A DNA stretch of 64,000 bases from Guillardia theta CCMP2712 (taxonomy: Eukaryota; Protista; Cryptophyta), in contig NW_005434670.1 of assembly GCF_000315625.1 (NCBI RefSeq), positions 558,016 through 622,015 on the forward strand, read 5' to 3'. Both the position numbers and the translations under genes were made by a program. Under the pieces are notes generated by a model. The model made no database searches. It was not told the DNA's origin and saw only the letters and a program-made list of their open reading frames with translations. Shown in pieces: positions 13,612 to 25,209 of this stretch. The number at the start of each line of letters is the position of its first letter. The stretch's first letter is position 1.

Positions 13612-16504
13612 GGTGTCGACGTACTGGCGGGCGAGGAGGATGGTTCACTCTCAGAACGTAGGAAGACCCTGCATTGAACGCACCTCTGCCCTCATGAAAG
13701 CCTCCTCATTAGCTCGACTGCCACAAGACGTCAGGTTGCTGCATCACAAGAATGGTGGAGAGCAGCAGCGTTCGGGATCAAAGGGCATGCTGAATGCGAA
13801 AGAGATGAAAACAAATCATTATTCCAGCCGTATAAGGCTAGCTTTCATGTCAACAGTAGATACAACACCAAGTGCAGGTCAAAAATGGCTGAAAATGCGA
13901 TGGAAGCATAGGAGAATCAGAAGTCTAGGAGGAAACTCTTGCCAGAGCAGCTGTTGTGGGACATAAGAGCATACACGCAAACAAATCAGCAAAGGCACAG
14001 AAGAAGCTATTAAAACAGCGAGTGGTGTCGACGCTATATCAACAAAGCAGGCACGAGCCTATAGTAGAAAACACCAGACGATATTTCCTCCGCGATGTGG
14101 AGACAAAACCAGACTAATTGCATCATAGCAACAGGATAGAATGAAGTTCAAGAAAATCACAGAAGAAAGGAATGTGGAAATTGATGTACACTCCTGCTAT
14201 CACCCAATGTCCGAGGCAGGACTGGGACATCGTGAGGGGCATCCCAGATGTGAGTTAAGGAAAGTGATGAGCAGACATGGTAGCATGAAGAAAGAGAAAT
14301 TGAAGTACTGATAGGGTAAGCACGGCGAGGAGTCTGCGCTACACGCATGCTCGACGCCGAAGTACGCTGTGACAGAGTGGAGATGCGGAGCGGGTGTACA
14401 GATGAAGGAGGAGAGTGGAAAGAAACGTTGGCAGGGGAACAGATAGAACAAGCAGGAACAAGAAGGACAATCAGCATCAGCATCATCGGCAGCGGCAGCG
14501 GGAGCGGCAGACGCGGCAGACGCGGCAGAGCATTTCTGCCTGGGATCCCATCGTGCGCGAGGTGGCTGAGAACCCCTTCCACATACCCCATATTCGTACT
14601 AGATCATTGGGGGTAGGGGTACTTTCGAAATGTCTCTGGTCTACCATACTCGTGGTCACATAAATCCCAAGTCTTACTGAGCCCGGCGGTCCGACAGCCC
14701 CGGGGCCTCGACTACAAGGTTATGAGCTGCGAGATTCAGAATATGACCGGTACTTTCGATAGGTATGAAGGGGGTGGTGTATGCCACAGGCGCTGCGGCC
14801 TCCAGGGGAATGCGTGTAGGTGGATATCTGGTGAGGGGGGTGAGAAGAGAGGAGGAGGAGAGGAGGCGAAGGTAGACAACAGCACAGACACCAGGCTTGC
14901 CACTCAGCTGCAAGACTTTCATAGGGAAACGACGTCTGTGGATTTCCAGTCTGCAAAGGTCTGAAGTTGGAAGTGGAACCTTCCAGAAGTTTTCGGCTAC
15001 AGGAATACATGAAGCCAGCACCGGCCATGCGCGATTTTCTTTTTGTCAGCCTTTTCCTGTGGATAACTCAGACAGGTAAGATGACTTGTCTTGTGTTTCT
15101 TGTGCCAATCTGCAATGTTCCTCTCTACATGTTTACATAGTGGAGGTGTTCCAAGTTTGCTTGGATCCCCAGAAAAAAATGTTCATGACGTTTGCTGACA
15201 CTATCATTTTCCCACCAGCAGATGGATTTTTGACACCATTGAATCGACTTCCATGCACGAATTTCTTCCCGCAGGGTGAGAAGATCTTGCTTTCTGTGCA
15301 TGCACCCATTGAGTCTCGGTGACCCATGGCGAAAGTCTTGTGCTGCATGCCAAGTTCCTCTATGCTGACAGCTCCTCTGGCATCAGGATGCCCTCTCGGC
15401 TTCCAATACCGTCTGAGCCCCTTGGCATTCGGCAATTCACCACGAAAGGACGCGAGTATCTGCTCTGTTTCCATGCTTGCGAAACAAAAAGGGCTGCGAG
15501 TGGGAACGGTAAGACCCCTTGCGGAGCATAAGGTTGGCTCACCTGTGAGCTACACCTGACAGGTGGCTGATAACAGAGCAGCAAAATTCAACTATGAGGT
15601 CTAGCGAGCTTTTGTCTCCATTGCCTATGGGCTCCTTGACTTCCGGCTAGATCTTGGACAAGATCGAGTGCGGAATTATCCTCGTTGGAACTGAAGTGAA
15701 GTCCTGCAGAGCTGGGAAAATGAACATAGGTGAGGGGAGATGAACGTAGGTGACTTGCACGTCGCTGACCGCTGCCCTCGATTGGCAGAGGAGGGGTTTG
15801 CCAGGGTGGACAAGAACGGTGCTCTCAAGCTGCACAACTGTTGGCCAACTCTCTGATATGTGCGGCCCTCCCTGGCTTGACGTCGCTGTTCAGGCCACAT
15901 CTCTCGGCACATGACCACGGGAACATTTTTCAATCACGAAGAAGTGAGTTGAGACAGCCTGCCAGCGTCTTGGTGGCTGATTGGACGCGCAGAAAAGGGT
16001 TAGAGACCTGCTAGCGCACAAGACAGAAATCCTGAAGATGGCAAAGGTTGACCAGTACAACCCTGAGTTTTGCAATGTTGTTGACGTTTGACAAGGCACA
16101 AGACATCAAGGGAAATACCCTTATCCCCCTAAGAGCATATTTCAATGACCGGAGATTGCTCAAGGTCAGTTTGCATGAGGATTGAACTTCTTTCCTCAGG
16201 GTAAGTTTGTTTAGGTCGAGGTCGGGATTTGTAGAGGAAAAGCCAAGGTAGACAAGAGGGAAGACATGAAGGTCATGGCGTGTGTCTTTCATGCTCTCCT
16301 TGTCGTCCTGATATTTGTGGGGCTCAGAAACGCGATGTAGGCAGAGATACCAAGCGGGAACTCAAAGCGGCTGGTTATTAAACTTGGCGAATACATTCCA
16401 TTCAAACCTGGATACAAATTTTGCATATAAGTGTCGGCATTCCCATTCAAGTTGAGTTTAAAGACGTTTTGATGTTCTGATCAAAGAATAAGCGGGGGGG
16501 AATC

Positions 16505-17227
16505 TCACGATCGACGAGAGATGATGATCTCTTTGTATTTTGACTCTGTTATGCCATGAATTGATCAGAAAAAGTCAAGAAGGATAAGAGAGGAGGTCAC
16601 CAATTTTCTTGGAGTAGTCATCAAGAAGCTGTGCAGTATTCAAAAGCTCGTCCACGCTGGTCTCCAAGTCGGTGATTTGGTCTAGGAGGGGGTTCAATTC
16701 TTTCTTTTTCTTTTCCAAGGTCTCAAGATTCTCATTGATGTTGGAGGTAGCTGAGACAAGTTCCTTCATTTTCGCCTCAGTTGTGGTCTGCATCTTATCT
16801 AGTAGATTATATTCTTCGGACGCGGCTGTAATGACTCAGTCAGCATACAGAGGGAAATCATCGATGGAATGAACAATCGAGCGACAATACATTCTGAAAT
16901 CATTGCCATCAAGCAGGACCATATTCACCGTAGAGGGAGCACTATCGAGATCATAGCATGGTATAAGTCTTTTCAACAGTGAGTCAGGTAGAACGGGAGG
17001 CTCAGGGGCATGAATGCAAAAGGAACAGGTCAAACAGAATTGAGAAACCAAAGAAGAAATTCGAGTTACAGGCATTGCATGAGACTGCGTTCCCCTCCGA
17101 CAGGCAGGAATTCAGTGGGAGTGGGGAGGAAGATGAGGAGGAGTGAAACATAAGGACACTCACCCAGCATGTCGCCCTTCATCTGCTTCATCACCTTCTC
17201 CATCATCACCTCCCCCGCCGACGTCAT
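16505..17227 (-). CDS. BLOC1S2: BLOC-1/BORC subunit 2 (BLOS2), 3 exons
   Basis: MTSAGEVMMEKVMKQMKGDML|AASEEYNLLDKMQTTTEAKMKELVSATSNINENLETLEKKKKELNPLLDQITDLETSVDELLNTAQLLDDYSKKI|ESKYKEIIISRRS*. Matches the BLOC1S2 pattern (SEDYKLLENM...LQPYLDQI...LDAYSKKLE). Confidence 0.88.
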
Positions 17228-17389
17228 TTCAGCAGGACGGCCTGTAACACCCCTACCCCCCAATTGACACATTCTCTAACCGGTGGTGAGAAATATATAA
17301 ATCTAAAAAGACTTATTTCTGGACATGGTACAATGTTAAACACATGTAAATTCTTTTTTTATCTAAAACTGTTTTAGTTCGGGCTGGCC

Positions 17390-18771
17390 ATGGCTGGGTG
17401 CGCTCTTCGCACTGCCTTCCATGTCAACTTCAACATGGCAGCAGGCAGGAGCCGCGAGGAGGTGTCTACCGTCGAGCATGCAGCCATGCTCCTACTGGAT
17501 GCCCGGCTGAGACAACTTGCAGGCTGCTAGCTTCCGAGAGCTCGTCAGAATTAAGCGGCATCGTGGACCAACCTCTGGCCATGCAGCCCAGTTCGTGCAG
17601 GTACTGCGTTCTCATCCGGCGGAAGGTCGATTCAGAATCTGAATTTTTTCTGAAACGGATTTGAAGGCAAACTTTGTATCGCTCCCCAAGAAATATTCAT
17701 TTGACTTTCTAATGTTTTGCTTGCGAAATCCTCGCCCATGCCCCCTGTTGGCCGTACTTTCGTTGTCTCGGTGTGTGAAGGATGATGATGAACAAATAGG
17801 TCACAGACCCTGGAAGCTCTTGCATTGAAATAGCTAGAGACGCCAACATCTGCACTGTGAGTCTTGCTGTCAAAGGGAATATCACAAGAATTTACGTGTT
17901 ATGCTGATATGAAATCAGGACATCCCGTTGTATCGTGTCTTCAAGGACGGGAAGATGACGGAGCAAGAGAGCATCGAAGAATATCGTACTAGGGGGCAAA
18001 ATGTACTTGTTTCGATGACACAAGACCTTGCAGTGCATGAAGCGGAAGAAGAGAACAAGCTGGTGTCGTTCCTACTTGGATGCTCCTTCTCATGGGAGGG
18101 GATGCTCACGGAGGCAGGAACGACTCTGAGCATTTCTTCCGTGGCTCAGCGTCTTATTTGCTGCAGGTCTGATACCCAGACACATCGAAGAGCATCGCAA
18201 CGTCCCCATGTACATAACCAACATCCCAAACCGTACATCCGGGCCTTTCGGAGGCTTCTTAGTTGTGAGCATGCGGCCGTATCGCCCGGAACAAGTACCA
18301 CAAGTAGCTGCCATCACGAGCAGGTGTCTGATGCGTCGAGGCCTCTGCTTGACGTGGCTACTGCTCTCACCCTCTTAGCAAACTTCAGGTTCCCAGGTGC
18401 TCATGGCGGCCCGATCCACTCCGGTGACCCGGACAAGATCGGCATTTCTCCCGACCGTCTCGGCCAGCCTGACTTTGGCGATGCCGTGACAATCCGTGCG
18501 TTTCGAATTCCCTATGATGGGCATGTAATGATGGCTCTCCCTTGGCAGGAGACGGGGAGCTGCCAGTATTCTGGGCATGCGGCGTCACCCCGCAGGTGAG
18601 GAAGTGGCGTTCACGGCATGTTTATCCGCCGACCTGACGTCTGTCCTTGGATTTTATTAGACTGCAATCATGGCGGCCGCCCTCCCGCTCGTCATCACAC
18701 ACTCGCCCGGACACATGTTCGTGACGGACATCCTCATCGAGGAGATGGATATTCAACAGTGTAGCACATAA
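17390..18771 (+). CDS. DUF1445 family putative hydro-lyase / D-glutamate cyclase-like protein; multi-exon
   Basis: Motifs [104 protein letters not shown]. Confidence 0.93.
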
Positions 18772-18811
18772 AAAGGAACGCCTCGAGCTTATTCGAGGCT
18801 CTTGGCGGCCC

Positions 18812-19298
18812 TCAGGCATTCTCGGAGCCCTCGTCCTCGCCTTCAGTCCCCTCGGTCTCAGAACCTTCGGCATCAATGCCAATGGAGATCCCATCTTGAG
18901 CCGCTTCCCGGAGCTGCTCCATCCAGATCTGAACCTGCTGAATGTCAGGCTTGCAACACACTCTATTCAAATTGAAGAACCTCTTCATCTGTCGGGGGCC
19001 TGCCTCTCTCTTGCGTGAACAGGTCAATCAGCTGCTGCAGGATGTCTGAAGCCATGTCTTCTTCCTCTTCCTCCTCAGCATCCTCCTCCTCGTTGGCGTC
19101 GTTATTCTCCTCAACAGAGGTCGCGGAGAGGTTCAAGTTGATTGGCTGTATGTCTCCAGCCTTCGTCTTGTGCTCCTCATCGACATCCTTCTTCTTGGTT
19201 GTGGTCGGAGTGCCCTGAGGGTCTTCTTGCTTCTCGGCTTTCCGTTTCCCCAGGGAATGGTCGTCAACGGCTGGGTTGAGCTCTTCGATGGCAGACAT
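18812..19298 (-). CDS. Small acidic hypothetical protein, 2 exons
   Basis: MSAIEELNP...GKRKAEK (NLS-like)...EEEDAEEEEEED...LIDLFTQERGRPPTDEE|VQIWMEQLREAAQD...ENA*. GT-AG intron. Confidence 0.6.
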
Positions 19299-19549
19299 GA
19301 TCGGGTTGGACGAGATGGAGGGGGTCAGAGCAAGGAAACAGGTAAGGAAGCAGGATTCTTTTCCCAGCGGCGCGCGGGAGAGCAGGAGCGCTGGTCGAGG
19401 GAGATCGGAAGGAAAGGATTTGGGAGGGGCTTTTGGCGCGAACCTCGTTTCGGGTCCCAAATGTCGTTACAGTCCGTTATGAGATTATTGGGAACAGTTA
19501 CCCGCCGTTGTTGTCTATTTGGGGAGTCAAATTACATGCACCACTGAGC

Positions 19550-21119
19550 ATGGCGGGAGGACCGACGGGAGGCGAAGTGGAGGAGAGGCAGCGGAGCGAC
19601 ATGAGCAGCTTGCCGAGCCACTATGATGCCTGTTGCACAGAGAGGAGGAGCGCTCGAGACGAGGTTGATGGCATCGAGAGCTCTCGTGGGGAGCGATTGC
19701 TGACTTTTTTGTGCAGTCGCGCCGAGTCAAGCTTGTGCTGTCCTGCGGGATCCTGCTGACCGCCCTTTTCCTTCTGGTGACGATTGTGGTTCAGCAAAGG
19801 TACGAGTATGACCTGATGGTGACTGGAGCGCCTCACGGCTGTGATTGCAGCCATGGACAGCGAGCGTACTTGGAAGAGGATCTTTCTGCTCTAGGTGACC
19901 CAACGAAGGTATTTGCTGTTGCTTCATGGAGAAAACCTCATGTGAGGCGTTTGAACCAGTCGAGCTCTTCTTCTATCAGACAGCTTGCTGACGAGCGGAT
20001 CAATCACTGGATGCAGCTCAAGCTGCCCAACCTGGATGCCAACTTCTTGGATAGCGCAGGCCGTCGAGGATCTAGCTCCCGCCCTGTTCCGATGTCCCAT
20101 GCAAGTAGCTCGGAAGATTTTCAGGAGGAGAGAAAGAAGATGAGGGAAGAGATGATCAAGTCGTTCTCAAGGAAGGCTGAAGAGAGCACTGCAGAGGCTC
20201 TTTCTTCCCAAGGCTCAAACAGCATGACCTTTCCTACTTTAAGTGGAATGGAAGGTACTTCCCAGCACTACGTTGTCCCGACAATATCTCCCCCGGAAGA
20301 GGTAAGGACGCGCTGGTTCACCTTTCTTATCCTCCCTCGTTTTCTCTTGCTCTTCCTACTTGATGCGATCATCTTCCTCCTGATTTGATGGCATCCTGTG
20401 GTTGATTCTGTGGGTCAGGCACAGGCATCGCGTTCCAGGACAAGAGAGCATGCAAGCCGACTACAAGCATCTGCTCTTGCCTCCAAGAGGAAAGAGGATG
20501 CTTCAGCGTCAGCGTTCGTTGGAGGAAAGTTCAGCTCGAAAGCAAGCAGCATTGTTGATGACCTCATCTCAAAGTCCCTGGTCATCTCAAAGTCCCTTGG
20601 AAAGAGCGACCAGAGCTTGAAGCGCAATGCTCTCAACAGGATCCAAGCCTACCATCAAGCAGTGAGCAGCAGTGGGAGCAGCAGCAATGTTATTCATTAT
20701 CCGGGGGAGAATTCAGATCGGTCAGACAAGCCAGAGACGAAGAGATTTGCCAGGAGTCCGAGAGAGCATCTCGACGAAGGAGATAGCACGAGTGGAGGGG
20801 TGAGTACACGGGCACCCGATCTGGCGATACAGCTTACGCCGATCTTCAGGTGCAGGACCATCTCTTTGATCTCTACACAAGCAACAAGAATGCACAATCT
20901 TATCTAAACCAGGATGGAGGACGTCATAGAGGTAGTAGGATGTCTATCAACAACCTCTCTGACTCCGGTACAGGCATGGCTCAACTCTCAGCTCCCGCTA
21001 GCGTTGCCATGGCCTCCTCCAGAGATGACGTGGACACCGATGGAGGAGGGGGGGATCCGTTCAACAATGCCCTTTTCAACATTGTTCACGATTGCTCCCT
21101 CGGTGGACCAACTTGCTGA
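19550..21119 (+). CDS. Hypothetical protein with N-terminal transmembrane segment; multi-exon
   Basis: Consecutive ORFs (19711-20388, 20398-20907, 20850-21119) separated by short intron-like gaps. Hydrophobic stretch LVLSCGILLTALFLLVTIVV. Confidence 0.5.
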
Positions 21120-21395
21120 TGTTTCAATCTGTATAGAATTCTTTACAACACTACGATCGTTACGTGCTTGCCATCAAAGCTCCAATCACTCCTTCTCACC
21201 TGACATCCCTCCCAATACAGCTGGAGGACAAACTAGAGAGGAAGTTCAACTCTCTCACCCTCGACGATTACATCAACAGCGCTCTCCCTCAGTCTCAAGT
21301 CATCGCTCCTTTCTTCTCATAAACCTTCTTGCTACATGCTTTCTCTTGGTACACCTCAACTCCTGACTCTCGCCAAGACCACTCTCCCTGCTCCC

Positions 21396-21442
21396 AGGCC
21401 AGACGGATTCGAACCGCCCCCCTCGCGCCCTAGCGCTGGCCC
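21396..21442 (-). ncRNA. Miniature tRNA-like (mascRNA-like) element downstream of histone H3
   Basis: Minus strand reads GGGCCA-GCGC TAGG GCGC-GAGGGG-GGCGG TTCGAAT CCGTC-TGGCCT: 6-bp acceptor-like stem, 4-bp GG-loop hairpin, 5-bp T-stem with canonical T-loop, no anticodon arm. Confidence 0.7.
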
Positions 21443-21452
21443 TTGTGTGTTT

Positions 21453-21468
21453 GGTGTTGATGAACACC
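21453..21468 (-). promoter_or_regulatory. Histone mRNA 3' stem-loop (H3)
   Basis: GGTGTT-CATC-AACACC (6-bp stem, 4-nt loop) followed by an AC-rich flank, 38 nt after the H3 stop codon. Confidence 0.8.
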
Positions 21469-21506
21469 TGTATCTTGGTTCCTTGACCGTCTCGTCGTCC
21501 TCGAGC

Positions 21507-21971
<465 letters not shown>

Positions 21972-22000
21972 TTAGATCGGAGGCAGGGACAGGTGTGTTT

Positions 22001-22943
22001 CAAGGACCCTACGAGGAGACCAGGGAAAATAAGGCAAATCAGGGGGTACAGGTGTGCAGGGTGATAAAGACACGGGTGGAAGAGAATAGGAGGGAGGGGG
22101 TGAGGAGGAGGTGGGGAGAGAAAAAAAAAGAAATGACCCCCTACCCAGAAGACTACAGGAGAAAAGGCAGGGGAAAGGAGGTAGGGTAGGGACAAAGTAG
22201 GGGAGCACCGGGTGGGCATAGGAGAAACACAGGAGATGGAAGAAGGGTGGGTGGGGATTTGAGTTTCCGAATACCACCGGTGCCTAATGAGATCAAAAGA
22301 GGAGAGGTGGGTGGGGACGATGGAAAACAAGAGCTTCAAGGACCGGGTCTATCACAAGAAATAGGTGTGAAATCAGGTGGTAGGGGTAGTAGATCACCAA
22401 TTCAAACACAACTGGTCTGATGAGCCGGAATTTTTGAATGGATCTGATCACCCCTACCCCCTCATTCCCACCTTCAGAAAGACAAAATACCCGGTTCTCA
22501 ACAGTGCACCCCACCCCACCCTGCTTGCAACACCTGTGTTTCTCCTATTATCTACTACCCCTACCACCTGATTTCACACCTATTTCTTGTGATAGACCCG
22601 GTCCTTGAAGCTCTTGTTTTCCATCGTCCCCACCCACCTCTCCTCTTTTGATCTCATTAGGCACCGGTGGTATACGGAAACTCAAATCCCCACCCACTCT
22701 TCTTCCATCTCCTGTGTTTCTCCTATGCCCACCCGGTGCTCCCCTACTTTGTCCCTACCCTACCTCCTTTCCCCTGCCTTATCTCCTGTAGTCTTCTGGG
22801 TAGGGGGTCATTTCTTTTTTTTTCTCTCCCCACCTCCTCCTCACCCCCTCCCTCCTATTCTCTTCCACCCGTGTCTTTATCACCCTGCACACCTGTACCC
22901 CCTGATTTGCCTTATTTTCCCTGGTCTCCTCGTAGGGTCCTTG
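22001..22943. repeat. Long inverted repeat upstream of H3: arms ~22001-22394 and ~22550-22943, ~155-nt spacer, right arm cut by an N gap
   Basis: caaggaccctacgaggagaccag...ggggtagtagat recurs as its reverse complement with a few substitutions. Mirror ORFs 21950-22339(-) and 22605-23075(+). Confidence 0.95.
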
Positions 22944-23043
22944 NNNNNNNNNNNNNNNNNNNNNNNNNNNNNNNNNNNNNNNNNNNNNNNNNNNNNNNNN
23001 NNNNNNNNNNNNNNNNNNNNNNNNNNNNNNNNNNNNNNNNNNN

Positions 23044-25156
23044 GGAGTGAGCAGTTGAAACCTCGTACTCGGTGAGGGAAGGAAATCGATTTCTTTCCTC
23101 TCCTCCTGACCCTTCAACTCTGAAAACTTCTCAGCATCCTCGCTGGATGCTCCGCCGTGCTCTGCTACTTCCCCAGACACCCACGAGCTCCTCCCCCCTT
23201 GATGTTCCGTCTCCTCTTCCTCCTCTTCCTCCTCTTCCTCCTCTTCCTCCTCCTCCTCCTCCTCCTCTGCCTCCTCCACCCCTGCATCCTTGATTATGTC
23301 GGCTTGTGAGCTTCGCTTCGGTCGCGCGCGGTCTTGCATTCCCTTCATCATGTCCTCCAGCTCCCCTGCACGCGCTTGCCGAGAACCCACCCGGAGGAGC
23401 GAGTCGAGGTCGACCCCTCCGACTTCCTGAAACCAAAACGTCATCCCCATACTCTTCCTCCCCCCTTCTCGCTCTCCCACCCCTCTTCCCCAACCTCCGT
23501 CTCCCTCCTCCTCCTCCTCCATCAACATCGTCACCATCATCGGTACCTCGTGTATGTTTGTCTTCTCGCACTGTCCATCACCATGTCCCTCATTCGTCTT
23601 GCTGGAGCTGTTGTCTGGAGAGATTCTCGGCTCGCTACCGCCTCCAGCCTTGAGATTGACTGCTGCTGCCTCCTCCTCGCCGCAGAACAAGCTCCCAACG
23701 CCCCTGTGCTCGACGACTGTCGTCCCTGCTTCTCCTGCTTCCCCTCTCTCTCCACGCTCTACGTGCATCCCTCCCTCCTTCACTTCCCCATGATCCTTAT
23801 CCACCGTCACCCCTTCTTCCTTTTTCACCACCACCTCCTCCTCCTCCTCCATCGTTGTTCTCTCGCCCTCGTGTTTGCTCTTGCCAGCCCCACTACTGTC
23901 CTTGTTTGCGCCAATGTGATTCTCCTCCTCCTCCTTCTCCTCCTTCTCCTCCTCCTCCTCGTCGCCTCCCTCCTGTATTTCTATGTGGCCCTTGCCATTG
24001 CCCTTGCCCTCATTATCCTCCCGCTCCTCCTCCCCGCTCCACGTCTCCTCTTCTCCCGCAGTTGACTTGTCATCTAACTTTTGAATGGCGAGCAGGAGCA
24101 GTTTTGAAAGCTGAGAATCACTGTTTTTCAGAGCTGAAGGCAGCACTCGTCATGGAAAGCAAGCACTTTGAGAGGAGATGGAGGGGAGGGGAGGGGAGGG
24201 GAGGGAGAAGGGAACAGGGTTGGTGGAGCACTTGCAAGAAGGCAAGGACGAGAGGAGGACAAGATAGGGCTGTACAGGAGTCGACAGGGGAGTGGAGGAG
24301 GAAGGGGGGGAGCATGGGAAGGAGGAGGAGGAGGAGGAGGATGGGAACGAGGAATGTCTCCCTTACTTCGTCTGAGATCCTCGGCAGAGGATTCCTCCAT
24401 GTTTGTGAATAGGTGTTGGCCCTCCTGCAGCAGCCGCCGCAGGCTCTGCTCCAGCGACTCCTCCTCCTGCTCTGCCCAGTGAGACGAAGTGGGAGGGAGC
24501 GAGAGGAGCGTGAGGAGGAGGAGAGCTGGAGGGGAGCAGGTGAGAGACTAGACCTGGATGTCCGAAGAAGATGTCTCGACGGCAAGCAGAAGGAGGTTGC
24601 TGAGCAATGAGTCCCTTCTCTTGAGCGCTGGTCAAGGCAGGCGAGTCACTCGGATCAGTAGACAAGACGTGAAGCGCGGAGAGAGGAGGGAGGGAGGGAG
24701 GGAGGGAGGGAGGGAGGGAGGAGGAGGAGGAAAAGAGAGAAGAGAGAACAAGGCGATGGAGTAGGGAGCAAGCCAGGCAGGAAGGAGGAGAGCATACCGT
24801 CCAACAAGCTCGCAGCGTCAGGGCTTTCGATGGAGGACAGGAGGAGGCTTCCTTCAGAGAGGATCTGACTAACGAGGGAGGACAAGTTGAGACGGATCCG
24901 CTCGTTGCCGCCCCAACGCTCCTCCTCCTCCTCCTCCTCCTCCTCCTCCTCCTCCTCTCTCCTGTGCGTTCCGGTCTGAGGTCTGCCAAGAACGTGTCAT
25001 GATGACTGGCATTTGTCTCGGGAGGCAGATCGATGCGCCTGCTGTCTCGGAGGGGTGGGGGGGTGGCTGAAAGAAGGAGGGGAGAGCGGGGGGTAAAGCA
25101 AACGAAAGGAGCGGGTGGATAAGAGTATCGAGAGGAGGAGGAGGAGGGGGAGGAGG

Positions 25157-25209
<53 letters not shown>

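Noticed and set aside
21396-21442. Calling the T-arm elements here and at 46860-46906 true tRNA genes
   Set aside because: Only ~47 nt, no anticodon arm, A-B box spacing too short and no oligo-T terminator. Reported as tRNA-like elements instead.
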